Shown here: positions 53,936 through 64,000 of the stretch, piece by piece | Layout of the letters: every line of letters starts with the position of its first letter | Numbering within the stretch: the first letter of the stretch is position 1 | Source of the DNA: Auanema rhodensis | Taxonomy: Eukaryota > Animalia > Nematoda | DNA: 64,000 bases | Reading direction: 5' to 3' | NCBI GenBank assembly: GCA_964057225.1 | Contig: OZ059895.1 | Span: 8,618,001-8,682,000, forward strand | Notes under the pieces: generated by a model | The model's input: the letters and a program-made list of their open reading frames with translations, nothing else | The model's database searches: none | What the model was told of the DNA's origin: nothing | Program-made: the position numbers and the translations under genes

Positions 53936-56561
53936 TTAACACATCCAACTATCAGGAACCCACTGAGTATCATACCTCAGGCATTTTAGAGCATCCGTTA
54001 ACCTGAAGAAAAGTTATATTATATCGAAATACGATTTTAAATTCTGAATATGAGAGATGGATATTTTAATTAGAATAATAATGAGCTTGTTCCTTTATAT
54101 CTGACAATACCCATATGGCTAATTAGATACTAGCAAGACCAGCTGCTATTATGCTTTCACTTTAATAGTCCAAATTAATTTAAATTGCATGAAGAACAAA
54201 CTCTGGGAGATTTTTAAGCTTCTAAAATTTTTATCTTACCTTTTGAATGTGACATCCATATTCCGATTGATCAGTGTTAAATGAATTTGACTCGCATTAC
54301 TTCCACTGCTAATTTCATCGCTTCTTGCACAAACCTAAACCATCCAGCATGTAATACGATTTAAATATGTAATAATCACTTGGCTAAGAACATCGACTGG
54401 TCGGCGTACATGTCGTAGCTGCTCAAGTTGTATGAATTCTTCCAACGGTGGAGGTACGATATGAACCACAAAAGGCATAAACTCTCCATTGTATAGATAA
54501 GCTAATGCTTGTGGAGCACAATCAACAACACACATTTGACCTCCGCGAACAATTGACCTAACTGAATCAGCTGATGTTCCTGAAGAGCATGCTCTGAATT
54601 TCAGATGAAGTAAGGAAACTCAACATACCATATATTTGATTATCGAGTTCTCCCCATTCAATCATCTGTCCATCTCGAATTTTCTGTAGGATCTCCTCTT
54701 TCCTATGAAAATTGTACTCGCGACCTTCCTGCTCTCCTACTCTTGGCGCTCGCGAGGTCACTGTAGAATGAATAGAAATTATTCTGGCCTTTACTTACTT
54801 ATTCAATTTCTAAATATTACTATATAACTATAACATACATGGAACCACTGTAGCAAATATATCCGGAGCCGATCGTAACAACATGGATTTTAATGTACGT
54901 CTTCCTACACCTACAGCTCCTAATAATACCAAAACTCGACGTCCGAAAGGGCACAGCATAGAAACTTTTTCTTTTTGCAAACTAGCTGGTATATATCCCA
55001 CTTTAGATAAATCATTGACTTTTCTAGCCTGAAAAATGGTGGTTAGTATCTTCAGTTTGAAATTAAATTTGTGGTGTAGCTAGTTCGATAATAAGACTAG
55101 CCATATGCTTGTCGGATTACATATCCGATATAGACATGAGATGCCGCTTTTTCAAGCTTCATTTAACGAATCTGATCTTGAATTTAATTCATCAGAGAAG
55201 CAAAGAATAACGTAATACAAATTTAGAAAACAATAAAAGTAGTTACCTGAGTAAATTGATTATCCTCACTCATAACTTGGATTACATCTCCATATTTCAA
55301 CTCTATTGGTAACCATTTGCATCCATTTTCATCTGTTGAAGAGGAATAATCTGATAAAACTCGGTAGAAAACCTATTCAAAAACAAATTAGAATAAAAAT
55401 TAAAAAAACGCTTAAAACTAACAGGAGGGGCGTTATGAATTAGTGCGGGCACCAAAGTAAGGACCAGATTGCCTGATAAACCTTTAATCTGACTCTAAAC
55501 AACACAAATTAAGCTTTAGCAATATATGTTTACAAACCTTTTTTGTTACAGGTGCTCCATTAATTTCGGTAATTGTATCTCCTGGGTGAATATCTGGCCG
55601 TGCGGCAGAATTGACTTTGGTGACAACAAGCTGGCCAGATATTAACTGAGCTTCAATCTGAAAGCACAAACAATAGATTTTCGATTTTTCTATTTGCATG
55701 AGCTTGAATAATTGAAGTAAATGGAGACATTTCTTTTGAATTTCTGAACAAAAGACAAAGGAATAGTCTAAATTCAATTTAAAAGAATTAAAAACAAATA
55801 GAAACTAATTGTTATTAAATACTCTTCAAGAATAAATGATAAAGGGCAATTGAATTTATACTTTCAAGAATCCACTTTTCGTTAAAACTCTGATGAAAAG
55901 ACTTCTGACTCAAATCAACTTCTTATGTTTTCATACATGATTTTTCAAAACAGAAAATACGAACTTACTTGATTTAACTGACGCGCATCGATCTTAACAG
56001 CTCTGGATTGATAAGCAGGAGACAGAAGTTTTCCATTAGTTGGCTTCTGAATTTAAAAAAATACTAATACTAGACTTAATGTATTTTACTAACAGTATCT
56101 CTATCAGCATCCTCTAACGACAAACTATGAAAGGTCTTGGTGGTTAGTACTCGTTCAGTAACTATGGTCCGTTTCTTGAGGCCTGTTACAGGATCAGTAG
56201 TAATATTATCTTCAATCGAAACCTAAAAATGGTTAAATGTTTCAACATCAACGAATCTAATGAAATACAATCTTCTCATTCTCATCCTCATTGCCTCTGA
56301 CATGCAGTTCACAGCTATTTTTGCTGATTGAAGAGCTGCTTCCTGGAAAAATGAATTGCCTCTTTCATATAGCGTAAAAATCAATTATTTTAGCAAATAT
56401 GTGTGCCATAATATTTGGTTATTGGGCGAAAGAAGCAAAAATTAGAAACACAAACCACGTTTTCGTTCTAGTTCCTCGATTTTTTCCAATAACGCATGAA
56501 GACATTTTGCCAGGTTTTCTGCATTTCCTCTTAACTGTTCGATTTCCGACTGCTCTTCCAT
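53936..56561 (-). CDS. p55/MPP-type MAGUK (PDZ-SH3-GK), possibly magu-3-like
   Basis: About 12 exons. PDZ LVVTKVNSAARPDIHPGDTITEING; SH3 FYRVLSDY...ELKYGDVIQV; GK RRVLVLLGAVGVGRRTLK...TSRAPRVGEQEGREYNF; MPP-type end QWVPDSW. Confidence 0.88.
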
Positions 56562-57032
56562 TGTCTATCGCCACAGACAAAAGGAGTAGTTTTAAGAGGA
56601 TGTAGGTTGACACATTCAATGATTAACAACTTTAAAATGTGTTTTAATAAATTTTATAAGGTAACAAAAATAAAATCAAAAAATATGATTATGAGCATGA
56701 AATGTAATACAAATAACGATGAAATATTAACAATAACATTTTGAATGACAATATGGAAAATCAACATAGAAAAAGAACACGAGGCGAGTAACAAAATAGA
56801 AAAACACAAAAAGCTGAAAATCAAGAAGAGAAACTAAAAATTCTCGAATCTCGCAACAATTTCTTGCATTTCTAAGCTTGTTTGGAAATGACCATAGAAC
56901 TATGAAGATGCGTGAAAAGCAACGGAAGTCGTCACATAAAGAAGACGACATGCAAAGAGACTTTCGGGGACATAGTCAGAACGAATAGAGTCGTCCAGCC
57001 AACAAGCAAGCCCACCAACCGAATAGCCAACC

Positions 57033-58118
57033 CTAGTCTCCGCCCCCCTTAGGAATTGCCCTGCTCCAACCAGGCACTATGGCACGAAATCGATCGGAAG
57101 ACGAAAGAGTTTCTTCCGCAGTATCTGTCGCTCGACATATATAGACATAATAATGAAAAGATTCTCCGAATTCTGCCATATCGATATGCCACAGGTAACC
57201 CCTCGACAAAGCAGGTACGCGAAAATGAGGCTGTGTGAACGAGATAGAAACAAATATCCCTATAATTATATATTAAGAAGGATGTTTGTATAGCTGTAAG
57301 CGCCAGCCAAGCTGATAATTATATTTTGAAACTAACCATTTGGTGCTAGAACTCGTCGTATTGATTGGAATACATTATCGATAGTGATCAAAGCTTCATC
57401 AGTAGGATTCCACGGGCTCTAAAACAGTTTTCGACAGGGTTTAAATTACACGCAGAGTTATACCTTTTCTCCAACAAGTAGAGCCTCAATAGTCGCTTTC
57501 TCTAATACGACATCAAAACTGTTACTTTCTATATTTGCTAATGTTCGTATATCATCACAGATCCATGCCATTTCTGGATATTTCCCCTTTCCTTTTTCCA
57601 CAATGACCGGAAATAAAACATTTTCAATAGCCTCAAATTTTCTACTCACTTCAGAATAATCTAAGTTTGTAATATTGCGGAAACCGAGTTCGTATAACCT
57701 CATAGACATTTGACTGTTTCCACATCCTATATGCAAAATCCTGAAAACAAGTTTGAAAGCTACACATAGTACCAGTAGCGACTAGGTGCTGTAGTTCTAA
57801 AGGTATGAAATGCTTTCTCTTTTCAACAGATTAGACGCAGTAAACCCGAATTTTCATCGCTTATGTAACCAAGACGAATTTCAAACAGAGAATTCTCGTT
57901 AGACAAGACATGACGGAATTGTCTGACGTCCCCGCTTGGAAAAACACAAGATGAACATTCTTGTATTTGAAAGAAAAAGTGAACCTAGACTCTGGCTTCA
58001 GTAAGGGAAGAACAATATGTTGGAATGCTTGAAAATCTTTGAGCCATTCAAAAGAATCTTCTGTGGTAAAACGATCATTCCAATACTCTTTAACAGCATA
58101 TTGCAAATTTGACTCCAT
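57033..58118 (-). CDS. Class I SAM-dependent methyltransferase, EEF1AKMT4-like
   Basis: EYWNDRF...FEWL, RILHIGCGNS, FDVVLEKATIEALL, SPWNP, RRVLAPNGIFVSISFTQPHFR. Contains a 42-nt in-frame GT..CG segment (57649-57608). Confidence 0.88.
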
Positions 58119-58489
58119 CCCTTTAAATACAATCAGATCTACTTGCAGTTTTTTGAAATAGTAACGGATAAAGCCTATGCGGAATAATTTAAATTAAACA
58201 GAACTCGCAATTGAAATGGGTACTCTGTACACCGTTTATCCAGATGAACAACAGACAACAATTTTTTGAGATAAGGGAAAGGAATAGTACCAAACAAATA
58301 ATGGAAAAAGGATGAGAATAACTTAATAAGATAAGTAATGCTCTCAAAACCTAAGGAAAAGCAACTCTACTTTTGTAAAAGATTATATTTAAGTGGAAAA
58401 GTATAGATGCACAATAGGTACTTTTTGCTTAGCTAATAAGTACAATAATCCACACAATACACAACGAAGTTTCAAAAGCAGATAAAAAT

Positions 58490-59379
58490 CTACATGAAAG
58501 GAGGAAATCCTGGACGACGTCTGAAACAAATTAAGAAGCTATGAGAAAATAATAAATATAATGTGTACCTTCCTCTTCCTCTAGGGCGGAATCCTTGATA
58601 AACATAACGCACTACAACTCTACCGCGCATGCCACGACCACGAGGAGGACGATTAGTCGTGGATATTCCTGGCTTATTAGTGCGCTTCAAATTAACCTAA
58701 AGAATACCAAATGAAGACAAAACAGAAGCGTTGCTAGGAAACCTTAATCTGTCTCCCTTTTAATAAACTGTCTGTCATAGTTAAAGCGTTCTGAGCTCCA
58801 TCACGATCGGCGAACTCAATATATGCAAATCTGGAAATATAATAATCAAGTATTATAGATAAATTCAATTTAATTACCCTTTTGGGTGACCAGTAAATTT
58901 ATCAAGCAGAATAGTTACTCTGTTGACTGAACCACATCCATGAAAATGACTTTCTAATTCTTCTGCAGTGACACCATATTCAACCTTAATAAAGTTAATA
59001 AAGCAAGCATAAAAGAAATAAACCTACGTTTCCTACGTAAATAGATCTAGCGTCCGCTTCAGCTTTTTCCTCGGCGGATAAAACGTTTACCTGGCTATTA
59101 GTAAGCTGATTAGAGCCTGTTTTATGACTCTAAAAAAACATTGTAATAAATAAGAAATAGTAAATTCTAACTTCAAAATCACTCTGGATTTGTTTGATCT
59201 TTTCTCGTTCTTCTTCGAACTCCGCAAGCTGAGCTTCCAAACCAGATATGTCCTAAGAATAAGATAAGAATATGAATAATATAAAAACAAACATGATCTT
59301 CTTCAGTCATTTCTGTTTCAGGACCACTGTTCAAAATATCATCCTCGTCGAGTCTAATTCCATCTTCAAGGTCCCCCAT
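58490..59379 (-). CDS. pabp-2: Nuclear poly(A)-binding protein PABPN1 orthologue
   Basis: [57 protein letters not shown]...[19 protein letters not shown]; seven exons. Confidence 0.95.
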
Positions 59380-60050
59380 TATATTCTGATTTCTGAAAAG
59401 AGCAAGATATTAATTTAGTTATTAAAATGTATGCTAATTATTTCGTTAAAAAATGCAGAAAATACAACTATTCAATTTGAATACAAATACGTTTAAATTT
59501 GATTTAATCAGCCTTACAAATTTCATGGTTTTGGTAGGGTTGATAGTAATTTTCGAATGAAAGTTATGTGAATGTTTTGAATGAAACAATTGCATTGGCT
59601 TTAGAGCATGGAAACTTAAAATTTAACAAAATTTCATAATATGGGAATAAACATTACTGAGCATATTTAAAACAGTTTTTTTCAAGATTTTCGCTAAGAC
59701 ATACGAAAAGAATAAATTCGAATTAGTGTAGCTTAGCTAATATTGGGCACAGTCCATTTTCGTCAACCGCGCTAGCCGAAAAGAGAGCGTCGCGTGCGTC
59801 AATGTTAACTAGAGCTGGTTTGAATTTAGCTCCAATGCGAATGCTCAAAGAATATAATGGCTTTATATGGCTACCAATGCTAAGCCAATTTCTGAGTTCA
59901 ATATCGGAAACTTAGCAAAAGCTGGATTCTCTAAAGTTTCTCGCCTCTTTTATATCTGTTTTATTTTACATGCCGTGATTTGAATATGCTTAAAAGTTTG
60001 AAATATACATTTAAAAGTTAGTTCAAGTGAAGTATAATCCTCATTAAGTA
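59380..60050. promoter_or_regulatory. Bidirectional promoter region between pabp-2 and VPS72
   Basis: Divergent ATGs ~670 bp apart with a CpG/CGCG-rich core at ~59760-59800. Confidence 0.5.
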
Positions 60051-61156
60051 ATGAACAGCATGGAAACTGATGAGAAACGAAAGGCAGAGAATATAGAAGA
60101 TGCAGATGCTAACATGGAAGATTCGGCGAGCGAATCGGGTGACAGTGACTCATCCGAAGAGCCTGTGGTCTGTGCTTTTCAAGAATTTCAATGGAAACTT
60201 GAATAAATTTAGGTAGAATTAATGGTTAATAATAGGAGTCGGAGAGCCAATGCAGGTAATAAAATGTCTACACTGATAGCCTCTTCTCATCAAGAAGACG
60301 ACTTTTACAAAAGTGCATATGGTGGATTCAATGAGGTTGAACCTCTCTAACTTAAAAATTTTAAACTCTTCTTCAAGGAAGAAAATGATGATGTTTATAA
60401 TTCTCCTGCACATTCTGACGGAGATGAAGTAGATTCTGATTTTGATAAACCTGAAGAACAGGATGAACCAATTAGTGATCAAGAGAATGAAGACAAGAGA
60501 CCCAGAAGGAAGAAAGCGTTTCAGGTGAATTATACAACTTGTGGCTTTAACAACCTTATGAATATAGGAACCTAAAAGAGTAGATAATGATTTGCTGGCC
60601 AAAAATAAAAAATGGGTGATTGCTAGGATGGGTGGACCTACTGTACCTGCAAATACAGTAGATCCTAAAACTCAACAAGAACGTCTCAAAGAGGCAATGG
60701 AAACAGAACGGGTTAATGTGGAATCTCTTAAGAAGTAACTATACAACATAATCACACATAATCTTTAGTATTTCTTAAGATATGAACAGTTTGAATTAGA
60801 ACGGAAGAAAAAGAGAGAAAAATCTCAGTTTATGCGCAGTGTACCACATCCATGCATATCATTCAAAAGTGATGCCCACGGCACTAAAATAGTGGTTCCT
60901 GATATCAAGGTATTTCCTTTTAAACATGATTCGTGTTTCCATGTTTTACTTCAAGACTTTCAAACGAGAACAACCTAAATTTCAACACGTTTGCGCTGTC
61001 ACAGGTCGTCCAGCAAAATATCGAGATCCTGTTACCGGTCTTCCTTATTCGTCAACATACTCGTTTAAAGTAATACGGGATAAATACAATAAATATCTTA
61101 AAAATTTAAAAGAAAATCCTGAAGCTGAAAAATACTTATCTCAGTTTGAATTATGA
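60051..61156 (+). CDS. VPS72: VPS72/YL-1 (SWR1/TIP60 H2A.Z chaperone subunit)
   Basis: RSRRANAGNKMSTL...DDFYKSAYGGFNEEENDDVY...DEVDSDFD...TQQERLKEAMETERVNVESL...CAVTGRPAKYRDPVTGLPY; six exons. Confidence 0.93.
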
Positions 61157-61349
61157 TCTGAAAAATTATGTGCTCACTGTAGTAAATACAATGTATTAAT
61201 CCTCATTGTTTTTTTTGTCTAAGGGTTCTAGCCCTTGTCATTATCTTCCACATTGTATAAATTTAATTAATTCTAATTTAAGTTTTTTTTTAAGATTAAT
61301 GCTAATTAATTCTTATAGTTATGTGAATAACAGTATGGAATGATAGGAT

Positions 61350-64000
61350 ATGTTGCACGGTAAGATATACTCAAGTTATATTTTAAATATTTTAATATTT
61401 TAAGACGAGTTAGTAAGTAGATGGTCGTCAATTCGACAAATTTATGGATGTTTTGGCGAAAGTATCAAATATGATAAAGCTGTAGGCTCATCTGTTTCAA
61501 TTAATCCAAAGTTTTGTGCAATTGGGCTAGCCGGAGAACATTCTGGAGAAGTGTGTTAAATTATCGAATATTTAACTAATTTGTTTTTGTGCAGGTTATA
61601 ATTACTCCCAAATCTAATGTAGGAACAACAGGGTCAATTGGCAAAATTATTGAAAAAATTCACGATGTATGTTGAATTATATATTTTTAAGACATTCTTT
61701 GTTTTTAATTTTTATTTATCTGGCGTTCTGAAAACAGTTTTAATATTTTTAGGATGCTATTCTGGATTTACAATGGAATCCCTTCAATGATAATGTTCTA
61801 GCATCCTGCTCAGCAGATCAATCTATCAAAATTTGGCATGTCACTGATGATCTGAAGGTTTCCTATAGTTAAGAAACAAAAAACCAAACTATATTGTTAA
61901 GCTATTCTGCGTCCGAACATTATCAAAGCATTTCAAAAGCGTTGAAATTTTGAAATGGCACACAACTGTTGATAATGTCTTATTAAGCTATGGTGCGGAT
62001 GGAAAGTTAATTTTATGGAACCTAGTGAATGAACAAATTATTTTCGATGTATGCACACTAAAACTTTATTTTACTTTTATTTTTATTTTTTTTAAATTTT
62101 AGGTTTTTGAAGATAGCTTAACTGATATTGGCTTCTCTCTAAACGCATCTCATATTGCCGGTGTTTCTTCAGTTGATTCAAAGTAAATTTTACTAACTTC
62201 ACATTCTTGCAATATCTTTCTATTTTAGACTTAAAATATTAAATTCGCGAACTGGTGCTGTAGTTAAATCAATATTGTTGCCTTTTAAGGAAAAAAGTTC
62301 TATAAAAGTATGACGATTTAGTTAATAGAAATATTTATTTTCTTTAGGTTCTATTTGTTACCGATGCTCGAGCTCTCACTTTCGGGTGTTCTAAATCTTT
62401 GAGAAGACAAATAATTGCGTATAGCGTATTTTTCTCACCTACACCTATTTTTGTTATTGATATTGATGATTATATTGGAGACTTCTATCCTACATTCGAT
62501 TATGATCTTAAATTGTTATATATAGCTGGAAATGTAAGTTCATATGATGCTTTCAACTGGTTTATTAAAATACATTTAAGAACTACTCTACACTAAAATG
62601 CTATGAGCTACTTGATAAACATCCATGGTTTCTGTTACTGCTTGATTTTCCTTTCGATTCTGCGTTTCAGAAGGTGACTCGAATGCCTAAAAGAGGCTTA
62701 GAGCTCGAGAAATGTGAACACATGAGGCTTTACTTGTAAATATAGCATAAAAAACATATTAAAAACATTTATTTATTAAGGTCAAAAAATGAAGCTACAT
62801 GTGTTGAGAACGTATCTTTTTATGTTCCAGTGGTAATATATCATGATATAGAAATGTAATAATCGTATTATTTGAAGAAACAAACTGGTAATCAGGACAT
62901 CTATCCTCCAACTCTGGGTCCTACGCCTGCAACATCTTGTGCTGAATGGCTAGCTGGTTTGGATGCACAACCTATTTTATTGGAACTAAAACCAGGTACT
63001 ATCGTTCAATATTAATATACTGCATATTCCTTTTATTTAGGATTCCCTGTTGCTACCTCTAAGCCAGTTGAGCTGCGCGTATTACAAGGTGGTAAAAATT
63101 TAGTTACTTCGGATTTGAACAATGATAGAAAATTTCGTTTCCTATCTCAGGTTAGATACATATACTTTTTATTTTTTCATCCCATTTACTTTGTCATTAG
63201 GTTACCAAACCAGATTATCGTATAATTGATGAGCGGGAAGATTGTGAGCAGATTAGACTAATTGAACAAGTGAAGCAAAAACTTCTCTCATCAACGGAAA
63301 GGTATGTTTTTTGTGTCCTTGTTTTCAGTTTTCTAAACATTGTTCTTGTTTCTTTTTTCTCTCATATATATATATGTATGTATATATGTGAGAGAAATTT
63401 ATATTTATCGAAAGTACTACAGTGTTTTTACGGTTATAGATTTCGATCTTTTTTGTGTTTGAATGTCCTGTTTAATTTTCAGCTTTGATACGAATGAATT
63501 CGAAGTTGCCAAGGAAGTGCCAAGTATAATAGCTAACTCTGACTATCTTCCTGCTCCGCTAGAAAATTCATTAACCAGCAAATGTGAAGACGACAGTATT
63601 GATAAGAGCTGCACAATAGAGTTGGAAAATTCGACAACCCAAAACACTGACATTTGTCCCGACATCATTGATTTGAAAGAGTTCGAAGATGTGTCGGATG
63701 CAGACAGCATAAATTCCATCCACATCGATGAAGTTGTTGAATTAGACTGTAAACAATCCAAACAAGCTCCTATTGAAATCCCAGAAGATCTGGAGCCGGA
63801 TGGAATCTCCGACGATGAAGATAGGAATAGTCCTGTTGTCAAGCTGATATCTGAAACAGAAAGGTCAGACAACAATAAGTCCCCGGAGAATCCAGTTAAA
63901 TCAGCTAGCCCTTCTTTGCCCATGTTCTCAACAGCGAATATGCCAGTTGTGCCCGAAACTCGAGAAAAATCGATGAGCATAACTATACCAAATAATTCAA
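61350..64000 (+). CDS. Divergent coronin-like WD40 protein with a long acidic extension (3' end outside the window)
   Basis: WSSIRQIYG, SINPKFCAI, ILDLQWNPFNDNVLASCSADQSIKIW, MPKRGLELEKCE, FYVPV..QDIYPPTLGPTPATSCAEWLAG; 14 exons in the window, the last still open at the edge. Confidence 0.85.

Noticed and set aside
55030-55246. C/D snoRNA in a MAGUK intron (TGATGA...CTGA)
   Set aside because: The boxes are ~140 nt apart, with no terminal stem or recognisable rRNA guide.

Overview
AT-rich eukaryotic DNA with ~40-60 nt GT-AG introns, trans-splice-like acceptors and operon-like spacing, consistent with a rhabditid (clade V) nematode; the species is not identified. All gene models below were spliced by hand. 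The left part (1-42 kb) is gene-sparse and rich in GA/CT microsatellites. It holds a decayed multi-exon gene, an inhibitory Smad (tag-68-like), nhr-85 (E75/Rev-erb), an SLC35F5-like transporter with one 2.76 kb intron, and an orexin/allatotropin-type GPCR (npr-14-like). The right part (42-64 kb) is gene-dense: a UPRT homologue, an SH3BGR protein, mrpl-38, a small single-zinc-finger gene, a probable divergent MMS22L, glrx-10, a p55-type MAGUK, an EEF1AKMT4-like methyltransferase, pabp-2, VPS72/YL-1 and a divergent coronin cut by the window end. The most unusual signal is relaxed splice-site usage: about a fifth of inferred acceptors are AAG, plus one GAG acceptor, three GC donors and one apparent GT-CG intron. 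Other leads are the retained heme-ligand Cys/His pair in NHR-85, a frame-switching 22-nt micro-exon candidate and Trp-acidic tail in SH3BGR, a perfect 58-bp palindrome, and two candidate structured RNAs. I found no tRNA, rRNA, CRISPR array or intact transposon.
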